The notes beneath the pieces are model-generated. The model saw only the letters and a program-made list of their open reading frames with translations, searched no databases and was not told where the DNA came from. A stretch of 63,875 bases of DNA, the filler included, from Dicyema japonicum (taxonomy: Eukaryota; Animalia; Dicyemida), in assembly GCA_011109175.1 (NCBI GenBank). It is 6 parts of 6 records of this genome, joined end to end, with 100 filler letters (N's around TTAATTAATTAA, not from the genome) between each part and the next. Parts side by side here need not be neighbours in the genome. Positions count along the whole stretch, not along the records: positions 23,658 to 48,088 come from RDEW01000146.1; 5 more parts are not named here. One strand, written 5' to 3'. Shown piece by piece: positions 25,990 to 40,050 of the stretch. A program made the translations under genes and the position numbers. The first letter of the stretch is position 1, and every line of letters begins with the position of its first letter.

Positions 25990-27245
25990 CATCGAACTTA
26001 AGATTTTTAAACGAAGAGAAACTAGGAGTCGTAAAATGAGAAATGAGAAGGCTTGATATTGACTAGCTTTGAGTAACCAAACTTCATTGGAATGGCAGTG
26101 GTTTTTTTCGTTATGATGATTTCGTCGTATATTATTCTGGTAACATTAGTGCGAAAAGAAACGGAGTGGCCTTCATTGCTTCAAAGAAAATTGCACCTGC
26201 TATTGAAAGTCATAGAATATTTAATGATGGATAATACTAATCCACGTCCGTGGACGATGTTGAATATTAAGGTCATGCTAGTGTCTGCCCCAACATCTAT
26301 TGCCAAGGATTACAAAATTGACCAATTTTATTATGAATTTTAAAAGGCATTAATACCCAAAAAGGAGATAATCTACATAATGAAAGATTTAATTCAAAAA
26401 TTTGGTGTATGCCACATACGGATATTGTGTGAAATTTTGGTTTGGGAAATAGAAATGATGCTGGGATAGACTGGTTCAATTCTGTCAGGAAAATGTATTT
26501 CAGACAACTAACATATCTTTCAAACTTCACGAACGACGATTATTAACTTGGACGTAGCCAAAAAATGTCTAGGAAGCAGATTGGTTGTATTTTGTTCGCA
26601 AAACGTTCGGAAAACTCTATAACAGCTGTCAAAACATATCCAGGAGCAGACTGTGAAACAGACCATCACCTACTTGTTGCAAAAAACAGGACGAAATTCA
26701 GTAACACTTGGAATACCAAACGAGTAAAGAAATTCGATGTCTCAAGCATACCACCACAGTACGCAATGGAAGTTAAGCACAATATTGGATCACTGGATTA
26801 GAACAGAAGGATGCCTGATGAATTGTGGAATGATATGCAGTTGGCTATCATGTACGCTGCAATAAAACATGTCAAAGAAAAAACGTCGGCGAACTGCTCT
26901 TGGTGGCTTTCTGCCAACACCCTAAACATTGCTTATGCTTGTAAAGCTGCTATAGTCTCTGGGATAAGAAAACTTTACTCTGAATTCAAAAAGGCAGCTA
27001 GGAAGGATAAAGAAGACTACTGGAGGTTACACTGCTAAAAAAATGAAAAATAACTATAAAAGAGGACACACTACGAATGCGTATTTACAACTAAAAAAAT
27101 TACGAACCCACTTTACGAAAATGATGGCCAAAATCAAGGACAAAGATGGCGTTGAATTGCTAGGCCAACAGAAAAATTGAAATCGTTGTAGAGAATATAC
27201 GGAACGGCTATATTCAGAAACTGTGCCCGTACATATTCTCCACGT
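25990..27245 (+). mobile_element. RTE-clade LINE APE region and linker, decayed
   Basis: NGVAFIASKKIA-like segment; FGLGNRNDAG; AVKTYPGADCETDHHLLVAK; KAARKDKEDYW. Confidence 0.8.
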
Positions 27246-30200
27246 CAGCAAAATACTTCTAAAGAAAACGTTAGATCACATGATGTCATTCTAATTGGAA
27301 AAGAGAGTAGGAACAAACAAACAAGAAAAAAAACTTAAAAAATATGTTTGTGTTATTATTTAGGGATAATTCTAACACAAAATGTTGGAATAATTGTTAT
27401 TAATCAAACAGAAAAAAAATTTTTCGTAATTTCTCATTTAGTACGTAAATTGTGGTAATACAGATACGATGCTGATAACTTTCCCATTATTTACCCATTC
27501 TACACATCTGAAATTTAATCCACCAGTTAGGGGAGACCAGGAGATATAGTAGACATTTCTACAAGAATAGAGTATCAGGGACGTGTATTAGTTGGGAAAT
27601 AATAGGATGGCATTCTGATGTGAAAAATTTATAAGGAATTTGTCAACATTATATTATCCGACTATGAATGTCTTATAAATACCCCCTAATTATTTTGAAG
27701 TCGTTTTTCTGATTTCTTTATATAATTTGTGCACTCAAACAAAAATTAAAAGAAATTGTTTTGTGGTTTGTTAAATGCCACCTAACTCACCAAACAGGAT
27801 ACAAACAAACAGTCAGTTAAGTTTCCTTGTGCTAATCAACCACCTGTATTGTCTTCTAAGGTCTTCTCTTTGTAGCAAGTTTTTTTTATTCATCGAAATC
27901 GTAAGCCTTTTTAGTTTTCTGTGATTACTATTTGACATATCATTGAACATGGAAGGTAAGTTACATAATTGTATAACATCATTGCAATCTTCAGAGTATC
28001 AAACAAAACCGTTGTCAAATTGCGAATTTACTCACCTCTGAAAAGAACCATCGAATCGGTAATAGAAAGATTCTAAGATAAATGCTTATAAAAAATATTC
28101 AGTGTGGCATTCAAGAAGCAATCAAGCAATATATTGATTCTGTTTAAGCTTGGATATCAACAATATCGCTGATATCATATATGCTGTGCAGTAAACTTAT
28201 GAGCTTTTACCAAGAAGCAAAACATTAATCATAGTTGGGAAGAATCAATTAAAAGCAAAATCATTAAACTTATACAACTACTAGAGCAAATTCAAATGAC
28301 TGGTGAAAAAAACGTGAAGAATCAATTTGACAAATAAATACACAATACGTTATGCTCATCTGTTGAAAAATCTAAGAAAAGGAATTCTAATGGTTTCTTT
28401 TAATGTTCTTTATAAAATTAAGATGAGTAAAAAAGGTTGCGAGTTTACGAATCGAGAAAAGGTTTATAAGTGCCTACAGGTGCTTCGAATTGAAAAAAAG
28501 CGATATTAAAGAAATATAAATAGAGACAATAAGAAGGCGGTAATCAAATTTAATATGGAAAAATGTCTTCCATTTTGGACATTATTTAAATTTAAAAAAA
28601 TAGACGAAAACAATTTATTTATTAGTAAAAGAGTTCTCTGATCTATTAGCAAAAGAGTTACTGGATNNNNNNNNNNNNNNNNNNNNNNNNNNNNNNNNNN
28701 NNNNNNNNNNNNNNNNNNNNNNNNNNNNNNNNNNNNNNNNNNNNNNNNGAAGATTCTAAGATAAATGCTTAGAAAGGATATTCTGCGTAGAATTAATGAA
28801 GCAATCAAGTAATGTATTGATTCTTTTTCTAGCGCGGAGTTCAACGATATCGCTGATATCATATATGCTGGGCAGTCCTCTTATGATGCTCTTACCAAGA
28901 AGCAAAACACTAAAATAATAATTTCTTTATGAGTAAGAGAGTTTTCCGATCCATTAGCGAAAGAGTTACTGGATCAGAGAACTTTCTTGCTGATTTCAGT
29001 GAGGAAAAAATCACCAGTGACCAGCAATCATCATAATCCATCCAAATCTATGTTTTGTTGGAATTATTCTCACATGGTCAAAAAATACATGAATCAACNT
29101 GATGCTCTTACCAAAAAGCAAAACACTTAAATAATAATTTCTTTATTAGTAAGAGAGTTTTCCGATCCATTAGCGAAAGAGTTACTGGATCAGAGAACTT
29201 TCTTGCTGATTTCAGTGAGAAAAAAATCACCAGTGAACAGCAATCATCATAATCCATCTAAATCTATGTTTTGTTGGAATTATTCTCACATGGTCAAAAA
29301 ATCCATGAATCAACATTTGTTTTTCGCCAGGTTTGTATGTCCCTGAGACAACAACCTGATAACCAAATGTTATAAAACAACTTTGGAGACACTTACCCAA
29401 ATGAAGAGTAATGAGCTTTCAATAACTACCAGAATGACAACCTGTTGTATTCTTCTGCAAAGGTAACTAGAAATTTCCAGATAAATCTTCCATTCTTAGA
29501 AAGACAGTTGTCACACAGACGATCGTTAAAGATTCCAAATAAAGTCTTGCCTGAAACAATCGATGGCAATAATAAGTCATAAAATATCTTTCATAGTCAG
29601 TCCATGGTATATCATTTCATATAAACTTTTGAATATTTCCAGAATTCCCTACAATAACAGAATAGTTAAACTTCTATATTTTGTTCTGAAGTGTTCAGAG
29701 AAAACGATTCATAGAGGCATTCATACCAAACGTCTTCCCAAGTCAATCCAATCCTAATCAGCTCATCAGTCATCTTTGTAGTTACTATAATTAACAATAT
29801 AATGTCAGACTTTAGTTTTGGATTTGATAGGTGGACCGAACGAATTACTTTCATTGCCATTTCAACTTTGACATCAACGGCTGAATTAAGAAGCATTATA
29901 GGGTGGTAAAATACTTATAAATAAAGTAAATAAACAACCGAANTCAGTCATCTTTGTAGTTACTATAATTAACAATATAATGTCAGACTTCAGTTTTGGA
30001 TTTGATAGGGGACCGAATGAATCGCTATCAATGTCATTTCAACTTTGACATCAACGGCTGAATTGAGAGGCATTATATGGCGGTAAAATACAACCTGAGA
30101 ATGAGCCAGATTAATCAGAATTAGAAGATCGCGTATTGTATTTGCATTCGTAACAACATCACTGTCAATCATCGAAATGAGTTGAGGGAAACGAGTAACC

Positions 30201-31786
30201 AACTATCAATATGTATCATTTGTAATTCATGCTTCATATATGTGCGAACAGCATATTTAATCCACATTATAAATCTGTCAACATGTGCATAACACAATAG
30301 CTGAAAAAATGTTGAAGAGTCATAACACTCATCAAGCATGAGATATAGTCTCGTAAAATTCATTTAACGCATTAGCACACAATAGCTGAAAAAATGTTGA
30401 AGAGTAATAACACCCATCAAGCATGAGAAATAGTCTCGTAAAATCCATTTAACGCATTAACACAGAACATCAAAACTTGATCTACTAATAAATAAAGTAA
30501 ATAAACAAACGAACATGGAGAATTTGTGACATGCATTGCCTCAAAGTTATAACGAGCATAATTGTGCCATAACTACAAATTAAAATCATATATACCTTAT
30601 AAATGTCACTAGAATAACATTTATTTGAATTAATTTTATTCATAAAAATCATCAAGGAGGTTGAGCAGAGGCTTTATAGAAGTATTATTTATTCCGTAAA
30701 ATCGTTCATGAAGGATTATAAAGGAATTTATAAGTCTAGAAGAGTAGGATTTCTCTAAAAATCATAGAGAATATTAGGCTTTTTTTAGAGTAAGTTTTAT
30801 TTATTTGTGATAAAATGTTATGATGATTTTTACTTATTCTATAAGTCATCAACTAAACTTATGACAAAGCGATTTTTTCAGAGAGACGTTACATTAAGTC
30901 TGTCTCGCTTATCTGTTACCCGAACTACTTCCCTACGTTCAGTGGACGATTGTGCCACGAAAAAACCCTGGTGGTAAAACTAACATAAACTTTTTTTTAA
31001 GTGGGATATCAAATCAAAGGAATAAGACTTTAGTTTATTAGATAAATGTTCATCATGGAGATCAATAATCTAAAATAGTATAATGGAGTGCATGAAGTGC
31101 AGATTCATAATCATTCTTAGCAATTGATCCCACTGATAAATAGAACGCTTTCTAGGGAGTGTTAAAGGGTAGTTTTTCATTATAATTATCGAATATTCTC
31201 CACTTTCCGAACTCCCATAATGTAAGTGATCCAATGGCTGACAATTTATTATCACTTGATATGATATTAAGGTAATATTCAATCTCAGTCTCCAATTGTT
31301 CAATACAAATGATAATAATGAAACTAGTAACCAAGATTTAATTGATATCTTAAATAACCAACGGTGGATTCTTCACAATTGTCCTTTTTGTTCTCCTCCA
31401 ATGCTGACTCCCAATCTACTATCGGTTCATACCATTGTCCAGTAAGTCTCTGTTGTTACTTAGATCAGATAAATCTAACAATATTCCACTCACTCAGCCG
31501 GAAGAGCAAGTAAATTATGTAAACTAATAGTCACCAAAAAATTACTTGCTTAAAATTTCCATCTATCTTCAGTAGAGAACGTCATCTCACTGTAATATAA
31601 AGCCTTTGTAAAGTCCAGACGATCTAGTCTACTTTGTACAACAGTGGTAAAAGAATAAAGCATTTATTCTGCCAAATAATATGTAAAATAACATAAAATA
31701 AAGCATTTATTATGCCAAATAATATGTAAAATAAAATAAAAATAGAGTTCAAAAAAGACATATTTATTTATAACAATAAAATCGTT

Positions 31787-32242
31787 CTAAAGTCCAGCGG
31801 ATATGATCGAGTGGCTGTTACCTCTGACTACTGCCAGGGATATCCTTTGGAAAAGCCACTCGGTTTCCCGACGCTCCCTCGAGGCTTTGGTCAATAGACA
31901 CCCAAGTGCTCTAAGGAAAGAGACCGTCTTGGAGCCAAAGACTCCGCTCGTCTCGACGACCACTGGTTGTACATGGAAACGGTTTAGGAGGCTGCTGTAT
32001 TTCTTTATTTTTGAGTTTTCATATAAACGGGCGGCCTCTCCCGCTTTCATTGCCGACCTCAAAAGTTTCGACTGGGAAAAGCTGTCAGTACAGGCAGCAT
32101 CCCAAATTAAGCATTTGCCCCGAGAGAAGGGGAAGACAGTAATTCCATCGGGTCGCTTCCCATCATCCCTACTCAAGCCCGTTGGCTCTAGAATGGATGG
32201 GTATTCCGCCAACTCGAGTTCAACATATTCAAAAAGATCCAA
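31787..32242 (-). mobile_element. CRE-like element 3' end (RLE domain, open frame)
   Basis: LEPTGLSRDDGKRPDGITVFPFSRGKCLIWDAACTD...K..KY...PVVVETSGVFG...WLFQRISLAVVRGNSHSI. Confidence 0.9.
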
Positions 32243-32249
32243 AATTTAA

Positions 32250-32640
32250 AAGTGAACATTATTGACAAGGGAACGTTTTAAGAATTTTTTCAACAAGAAC
32301 ATCATTTATCTCAATAGCAACATTAGTCGGTACAAATGGAAACAAATTCACAGAAAAACAGATCAATGTTGATTATTAGCAATTTAACTATGAATTAATG
32401 ATTTGCAGTCGAACATGTCCATAACATTTATTAATGAAAACAGAATTACATGACAGTTGTACTGATAAAACATTTCATCCAAGAAATCATACTATTATTT
32501 ATGTAGATCGAGGATTGGTGATTTAAGCTAAAATTAGAGTACCAAAAACACTGAAGGGCAGAGAATCAAAGTTTTGACGATTTGTGGGTTTCCTGAACAT
32601 TTCACATAAATTAGAAAAGTCACCCTATGGTAAAGTGAAC
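32250..32640 (-). mobile_element. Possible Penelope-like RT remnant
   Basis: Weak: ETHKS...F(SV)FGT..LA and FVP..TNVAIEI resemble the PK.HK..RPI.S..GT / SLFTNVP..AI motifs. Confidence 0.25.
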
Positions 32641-33189
32641 AGCACACATTGAATAGATAAAATATTAGCATTACTGACTTCAAAGCTATTAGAAGGTTTA
32701 TTTTCAAATTTCCATTTGATTTTCACTCATTGTTGATACGGAAATTATGTACAAGTCGTTTCTACTCTAATCTCTCAGCAGAGAATGCATGTAATATTTA
32801 ATTTTGATTAACAGATCATCCACGTTAAAGTCAAACTAAAGCAAATTCACTATAATGTTATAATAAAACAAAACAGAAAGCAATAATGTAGAAGGCAGTT
32901 GTATTTGCATCCGTCAACATTCTATTGATATATATGTAAATTACTTTTATTATACGTTTAATTTTTTATCGGAACATCCGCATGCAAACAACTCGGGACT
33001 TCTAATAGATGTATATCCGCTTTCACCTAAAAATTGATATCATTTTAGGCAAATTCATTTTAAATCGTTACAAGCAATACTTTATATACATCTCATATTT
33101 TACGTTATAAAAGTCACTGCCAGATGTAAATTAACTAAAGATAGTTATTTATTTAAGTATTTATTTATTTAAATCATTTAATTAATATA

Positions 33190-34165
33190 TTTTTTATAAT
33201 ATTTAAAAAGTTACGACGGACCTGAGATCCGATGGCTTCTCCAGTTGATCTTTGTTGCATTCGTGTATATGCCCATACATCTCCAAAATTCACACAGATC
33301 GACTACTCGAGTGGTTTAATAAAAATCGGATATCAATTAATGCCAAAAATTCTGTTACAACTCACTATACCTCGGACGAAAGATTGTCGAACAGAACAAT
33401 AGAAGTTACTGCGAAGTGAAAAGAATTGCCGTTCAGCAAATGCAAAAAATATTGGGTCTGACTTTCGATACGCACATGAACTGTCCGAGACATGTCACTA
33501 ACGTGCTGAACAAATATGAGAAGAAAATCTATATTCTAAAATGCCTACAAGTCTATAGAAAATTGGACATCACTCAATACTTAAAACGATCTACTCACTG
33601 TACATCGAACAGAGTATTTCATATGCGTGTACTTCATGGGAACCACTGGCCGCTATACGACTTCCAGAAAATTTCCTCAACCTAGAAAATGGACTTCAAG
33701 CTAACGGAGAGATGGTTTACAAATGAAAACATTAAATCACTGACGCCAATAAAGATTCTAATCGAAAAAAGCAACAATAGACACCAATGCCAAAAGAAAG
33801 TGCTAGTCTGCAATGTACTTGTGTAGGCTCAAGGGATCAGCTCAGAGAAAAGATGAGAGCCTTGATCCAATTNGTACATCGAACCGTGTATTTCATATGC
33901 GTGTACTTCATGGGGACCACTGGCCGCTATACGACTTCCAGAAAATTTCCTCAACCCAGAAAAGGGACTTCAAGCTAACGGAGAGATGGTTTACAAAGGA
34001 AAACATTAAATCACCGACGCCAATAAAGAATCTAATCGAAAAAAGCAACAATATACACCAATGCCAAAAAGAAAGTGCTAGTCTGCAAAGAACTTGTGTA
34101 GGCTCAAGGGATCACCTCCGAGAAAAGTTTAGAGCCTTGATCCAATTCATCTGGATCAATTAGTT
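33190..34165 (+). mobile_element. I/Jockey-like LINE, RT thumb and 3' region
   Basis: ILGLTFDTHMN..HVTNVLNK..KKIYILKCL, preceded by an L.W...NRISINA-like segment. Internal duplication around the single n at 33872. Confidence 0.6.
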
Positions 34166-36773
34166 TAGTTTTTTTAGAATTAACAGTGGTTCTTGGAATT
34201 TAATTTAATGTGCTTTTAAAATTGAGTATTAATGTTAAAATAACATTTGCGTTTGAAGTCACAAAACATTCAGTATCTCTAGTAAAGTATTCATTGATGA
34301 CGGCGGTAATTGCGAACCCAATGCTTCGAACCTTCAGTGAGACTGACTGCAGTGAGATTCAAATCTGGAACCATCAGGATTTTGTCCGGCACTTATGTCG
34401 ATCGTTACTCTGAATATTTATATGACTACGATGATTTATCAGAAGGTCAGCTTGTATTATATTAATGTAGAATCTATCTTTTTTATTGGATAATTTGTCC
34501 AGATCGCCGTCAATTTTGTCGCTGTCCACTTTTTTGCATCAATTATGGAGTTACTTTCTTGGAGGGAGAATTACTGATATAAAAAACGAATAACTCTTTT
34601 AAAAACAACATCTTTCCAATAATCCTTTTATTTGCATATGATATTATTATTTGAAGTTTATCGACGATNAAGGTCAGCCTGTATTATATTTATGTAGAAT
34701 CTATTTTTTTTATTGGATAGTTTGTCCAGATCGCCGTCAATTATGTCGCTGCCCAGTTTTTTGCTTCAATTATGGAGTTAATTTTTTGGAGGGAGAATTA
34801 CTGATATAAAAAACGAAAAACTTTTTTAAAAACGACATCTTTCCAATAATCCTTTTATTTGCATACGATATTATTATTTGAAGTTTATCGAAGATTATGA
34901 AGGAGGAATAGGAATGAACCTAAAAAAAACAGTATTTTGATGGTGAATAAGATATTACAAAAAAGAAATCGTAGAGTTCTTTAATAATTCAAATCATTGT
35001 AAATGATCATAAGTATCAAGAAATATTCGCCTATTTGAGATGTAATGACTTGAAATAAATATAATTCCGTTAACTGGTAGAAATGAGGCTTATCCTTTTT
35101 TTAAATGATCATAAGTATCAAGAAATATTCGCCTATTTGAGATGTAATGACTTTAAATAAATATTATTCCGTTAACTGGTAGAAATGAGGCTTATCCTTT
35201 TCCAAAATAACGTCTTTTTCAAGTATCCGTAATTTCAAGTAAGTCACTCAGTAAGTTACCAGATAGAGGAAAATCCTTTTTATAGTTATTTGGATTTTCG
35301 TGTGTGTGAGTCCTTTCTAGACAATCTAGTTCCGTAGTGAGTATCTTCTGATGACGGCGTCACTCGTCAAACCGACAACAGTAATTTGTTATTTAAATTA
35401 ATAATCAATTATAACCATCATCAGTAAATACGATTTGTTTTTGAATAATTTGTTTATCAAAATCATACTTGATCCATATGCGAAAAAATATCAAGACATT
35501 TAGAGGTAAATATAAATTTATTTTTATGATGTTAACAATTTTAATAAATCGATTTTTTTAAATCAAACAATGTGGTATTAGCAGATCTGACAATAGGTAT
35601 AATGAGTGAGGTGGAATCTCAATTTTTAAGAATCTTTTAAATAATTTGCTAATTTAAGATATATCGTTTTTAATTAAATTTTCAAAAAAACCCAAGAATT
35701 TTAAAATCATTCTGGACTTAAAGAATAAAAAAATTAATAAATTCAAACATTATAGAATATCTATTTTAACTATTTTTAAAATATTGAAAGTAAAATTTTG
35801 ATCATAAATTGAGAAATTTTTCTAAAATTCTTTTTGACTNNNNNNNNNNNNNNNNNNNNNNNNNNNNNNNNNNNNNNNNNNNNNNNNNNNNNNNNNNNNN
35901 NNNNNNNNNNNNNNNNNNNNNNNNNNNNNNNNNNNNNNNNNNNNNNNNNNNNNNNNNNNNNNNNNNNNNNNNNNNNNNNNNNNNNNNNNNNNNNNNNNNN
36001 NNNNNNNNNNNNNNNNNNNNNNNNNNNNNNNNNNNNNNNNNNNNNNNNNNNNNNNNNNNNNNNNNNNNNNNNNNNNNNNNNNNNNNNNNNNNNNNNNNNN
36101 NNNNNNNNNNNNNNNNNNNNNNNNNNNNNNNNNNNNNNNNNNNNNNNNNNNNNNNNNNNNNNNNNNNNNNNNNNNNNNNNNNNNNNNNNNNNNNNNNNNN
36201 NNNNNNNNNNNNNNNNNNNNNNNNNNNNNNNNNNNNNNNNNNNNNNNNNNNNNNNNNNNNNNNNNNNNNNNNNNNNNNNNNNNNNNNNNNNNNNNNNNNN
36301 NNNNNNNNNNNNNNNNNNNNNNNNNNNNNNNNNNNNNNNNNNNNNNNNNNNNNNNNNNNNNNNNNNNNNNNNNNNNNNNNNNNNNNNNNNNNNNNNNNNN
36401 NNNNNNNNNNNNNNNNNNNNNNNNNNNNNNNNNNNNNNNNNNNNNNNNNNNNNNNNNNNNNNNNNNNNNNNNNNNNNNNNNNNNNNNNNNNNNNNNNNNN
36501 NNNNNNNNNNNNNNNNNNNNNNNNNNNNNNNNNNNNNNNNNNNNNNNNNNNNNNNNNNNNNNNNNNNNNNNNNNNNNNNNNNNNNNNNNNNNNNNNNNNN
36601 NNNNNNNNNNNNNNNNNNNNNNNNNNNNNNNNNNNNNNNNNNNNNNNNNNNNNNNNNNNNNNNNNNNNNNNNNNNNNNNNNNNNNNNNNNNNNNNNNNNN
36701 NNNNNNNNNNNNNNNNNNNNNNNNNNNNNNNNNNNNNNNNNNNNNNNNNNNNNNNNNNNNNNNNNNNNNNNNN

Positions 36774-37122
36774 TATTTTCAGAAGATGTTATTTTTGCTA
36801 ATTTGATATTTATTAAATTTGGAAGTATTCGGCACAAATTTGCTAAGTTTTTAATATCAATTTGATTTTTGGATAAATCGAGGCAATAAACGTTATAACA
36901 GACTTCATGACATTTATTGAATTTCGAGAAATCATCAAAAATTGATGATATCATTTGTGAATTAAAATCATCAAAATATTTTATCTCATAATGTATTCTT
37001 TTAGAAATCATCATCTTTGACTTTGAATTTAATTTAATATATTTATTCAAATCAAATTTTTTTCGAAAATCATTTATACATATTGAATATAAAGAGAAAA
37101 TCTGCATTTCGTTACTAAACAT
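36774..37122 (-). CDS. Fragment of an LRR-like host protein (runs into gap)
   Basis: 115 stop-free codons ending CLDLSKNQIDIKNLANLCRILPNLINIKL (LxLxxNxI pattern). Confidence 0.35.
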
Positions 37123-37231
37123 ATGAATTAATTAGATTTTAAATAACTTTATTATTAATATTATTATTATTAATAATAAATTAAAAATTGTAATTATTTA
37201 ATTACGATTTCAATAGTAAACTAATAAACAA

Positions 37232-37590
37232 ATGGACCTGACGGCATTCCGGGAATTTTGTTAAAACACCTTGGTAATGCTGCAATCAATTCGATTACGT
37301 CAATTTTTAATTTGTCTTCTAACATGAACGTCATCCATGCAAATGGAAGAACTCACATATAATACCTATCCTTAAACCAGGAAAACCGAAAACCTCAACT
37401 TCTTCCTACCGTCCAATTTCATTAACGTGCGCATTATCGCGCCTAATGGAGAAACTCGTACTCTGGAAAATTAAACCCCATTTGCCCGACTGCCACTTTC
37501 AACATGGTTTCAAATGTGAGCGTTCAACTACGACACATTTGACTTCACTGTCTCAATTTATATCAGAGGGGCTCAACGTACCGAAACGGA
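37232..37590 (+). mobile_element. I/Jockey-like RT N-terminal fragment
   Basis: GPDGIPGILLKHLG...IIPILKPGKP..SSYRPISLTCALSRLMEKLV...FQHGF. Near-identical to 58129-58310. Confidence 0.85.
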
Positions 37591-38439
37591 TAGGGTAAGT
37601 CTAGTTCTTTTAAACATCATGTGATGCACAACACCACCATATAGGTGAACCACGCGGAATTTTGTTAATTAATTTTTCAACTCCTGTTAATCATCTACAA
37701 TGGGAGTCAAAGATCCTTATATTTGGAGACCATCTGGAAATGAGAGCTCTTAAGTTCCTCTCCCAAGCCTACAGCCTAGAACATCCCTGCCACTCCCTAT
37801 GCAAGCCGCAAAACAAAAGGAAAATTATTATAACAACCAGTGACCTGTCTAGAATATAATCATCATTCCTTCAATCCCCAATGACAGGAGTCATCTGAAA
37901 CAGATACAAGATTTTGTTTCTAAGAGAAGCATCCGAATCTCGGAAACAGTAAAATATTACAGCGACCTCCTACTCCAATGACCAATCAGAATCCTCTATT
38001 TGAAGGGACGTGCGAGTAAAATTTGTTGTACAAACAATTCAATGAGCCATCTGTCAGCTATGCCTGTACGTCAAGGAGAATCAATCTGTCCTGGACGAAC
38101 AAACAAAGAATCCAAAACATTCAGGTCTTATTTGTAATCTTGGGAAAAAAAAAACTAATTCTCTAATCACGTAACACCTGAAGAACTAATCGGACAAAAT
38201 GGAAAGGGATTTGCTAATTTGTGCAAGCATTGCAACTCTCAACAATACACAACCACGACGTATCTTATGAGAAGGGTATACATCACCCTCTCATATTCCT
38301 ATTACCGGAACCACCCCGCCCACAGAGAAGTTGTGTTGGATCCCAGAAAGCGCACGAGGAGAAAATGAAAATTATGATTGAGGTCTTCGAGATCACTCAA
38401 TTAATTTAGTAATTAAATTAACTATTAGTGGTCTAATGT

Positions 38440-38541
38440 CATCTAACCAACATCGCCGAGCTTGTTTGCTAACCGAGAGATGTGCCTGGGGATGCGGAGA
38501 CCAGATCGACTGTTTTAGCCTACACCCTCTCTCCTGCAGGA
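38440..38541 (+). mobile_element. CRE-like Zn-knuckle fragment at gap edge
   Basis: CAWGCGDQIDCFSLHPLSCR matches the LHPxSC(R/K) motif in the other copies. Confidence 0.5.
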
Positions 38542-39990
38542 NNNNNNNNNNNNNNNNNNNNNNNNNNNNNNNNNNNNNNNNNNNNNNNNNNNNNNNNNNN
38601 NNNNNNNNNNNNNNNNNNNNNNNNNNNNNNNNNNNNNNNNNNNNNNNNNNNNNNNNNNNNNNNNNNNNNNNNNNNNNNNNNNNNNNNNNNNNNNNNNNNN
38701 NNNNNNNNNNNNNNNNNNNNNNNNNNNNNNNNNNNNNNNNNNNNNNNNNNNNNNNNNNNNNNNNNNNNNNNNNNNNNNNNNNNNNNNNNNNNNNNNNNNN
38801 NNNNNNNNNNNNNNNNNNNNNNNNNNNNNNNNNNNNNNNNNNNNNNNNNNNNNNNNNNNNNNNNNNNNNNNNNNNNNNNNNNNNNNNNNNNNNNNNNNNN
38901 NNNNNNNNNNNNNNNNNNNNNNNNNNNNNNNNNNNNNNNNNNNNNNNNNNNNNNNNNNNNNNNNNNNNNNNNNNNNNNNNNNNNNNNNNNNNNNNNNNNN
39001 NNNNNNNNNNNNNNNNNNNNNNNNNNNNNNNNNNNNNNNNAATAAGAATGGGATGTAAGCTAATAATTCTGTAGGAAATGGAGTCTTGCTGGAGACTAAC
39101 CTGGCTTATCCTGAAGATGAAAATGATATCCCTGCAAAACACAGTTACAGTGTCTACAATGTTAATCAAGAAAAACGTTTCCATGGACCCCCCGTTCTTA
39201 CTGATAAAATGACGTCACTTCTAAATACTAACTTTTTAGAAAAAATACCTACCCCTTGAATCTCGCCTACTAATACCTATCCAGAACCTAGTTGCATAGT
39301 GGAAAACCTACATCCATAATATTGTTTAATACTATCGTTGAATCATTCTGCCTATAAAAAATATTGAGCGAAAATAGCTTCCTAGTTATGGTGTGGCTCT
39401 CTAGCTTTACCTAGTAAATATCAAAATCGTCATCTGAATACTAGTTGGAAATTGTCTAGATAAAATGATTATTGACACAAAAACCTCTCCCCCAGATAGA
39501 AAGAAGTTAAACCTAATTAAGTGTCTCCAGTTTCACTGTCATTGAAACAGACTCTTTCCAATGTCATACAAGTCCGTTCAGAACAGCATTAAAGGTAAAG
39601 AAGATTCCCAATTAATGTGTATACGAGTTCGAAAAGATAATGTACAAACACAGAGATTAATGGAGATAACTTCACGGAGTACCATAGAGAAGCTTGAGTT
39701 CTTTTGCCAATAATCTATAAATTTTTCTACTTCAGTTTTAACAATTCTTGAAAGTAATTAAAATCTTAATATTTGAATATTTTTCGNATGTGTATACGAG
39801 TTCGAAAAGATGATGTACAAACACAGAGATTAATGGAGATAACTTCACCGGAGTACCATAGAGAAGCTTGAGTTCTTTGAAATAATCTATAAAAGTTTTT
39901 TATTTCAGTGTGTTTTAACAATTCTTGAAAGTAATTAAAATCTTAATATTTGAATTTTTTTAGGTATTAAGAATTTTGAAGTTAACTAAA

Positions 39991-40050
39991 GCCTTCCTCG
40001 CGCAACGGTTAGCGCGTGCGTCTGTTAACCGCAAAATTGCTGGTTCGATT
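39991..40050 (+). pseudogene. tRNA-Asn(GTT)-like pseudogene, 3' truncated
   Basis: GCGCAACGGTTAGCGCG D-arm, CTGTTAA anticodon loop, GGTTCGA T-loop. The 3' T-stem and acceptor strands are absent. Confidence 0.55.

Noticed and set aside
35345-35380. Hammerhead ribozyme (CTGATGA...AAAC; related motif at about 20567)
   Set aside because: The required GAAA core is missing (GTCAAAC) and stems I and III are not evident. At best a dead relic.
35776-39184. Long ORFs in the track (448, 343, 330, 263, 212, 187 aa)
   Set aside because: Made almost entirely of X from N gaps.
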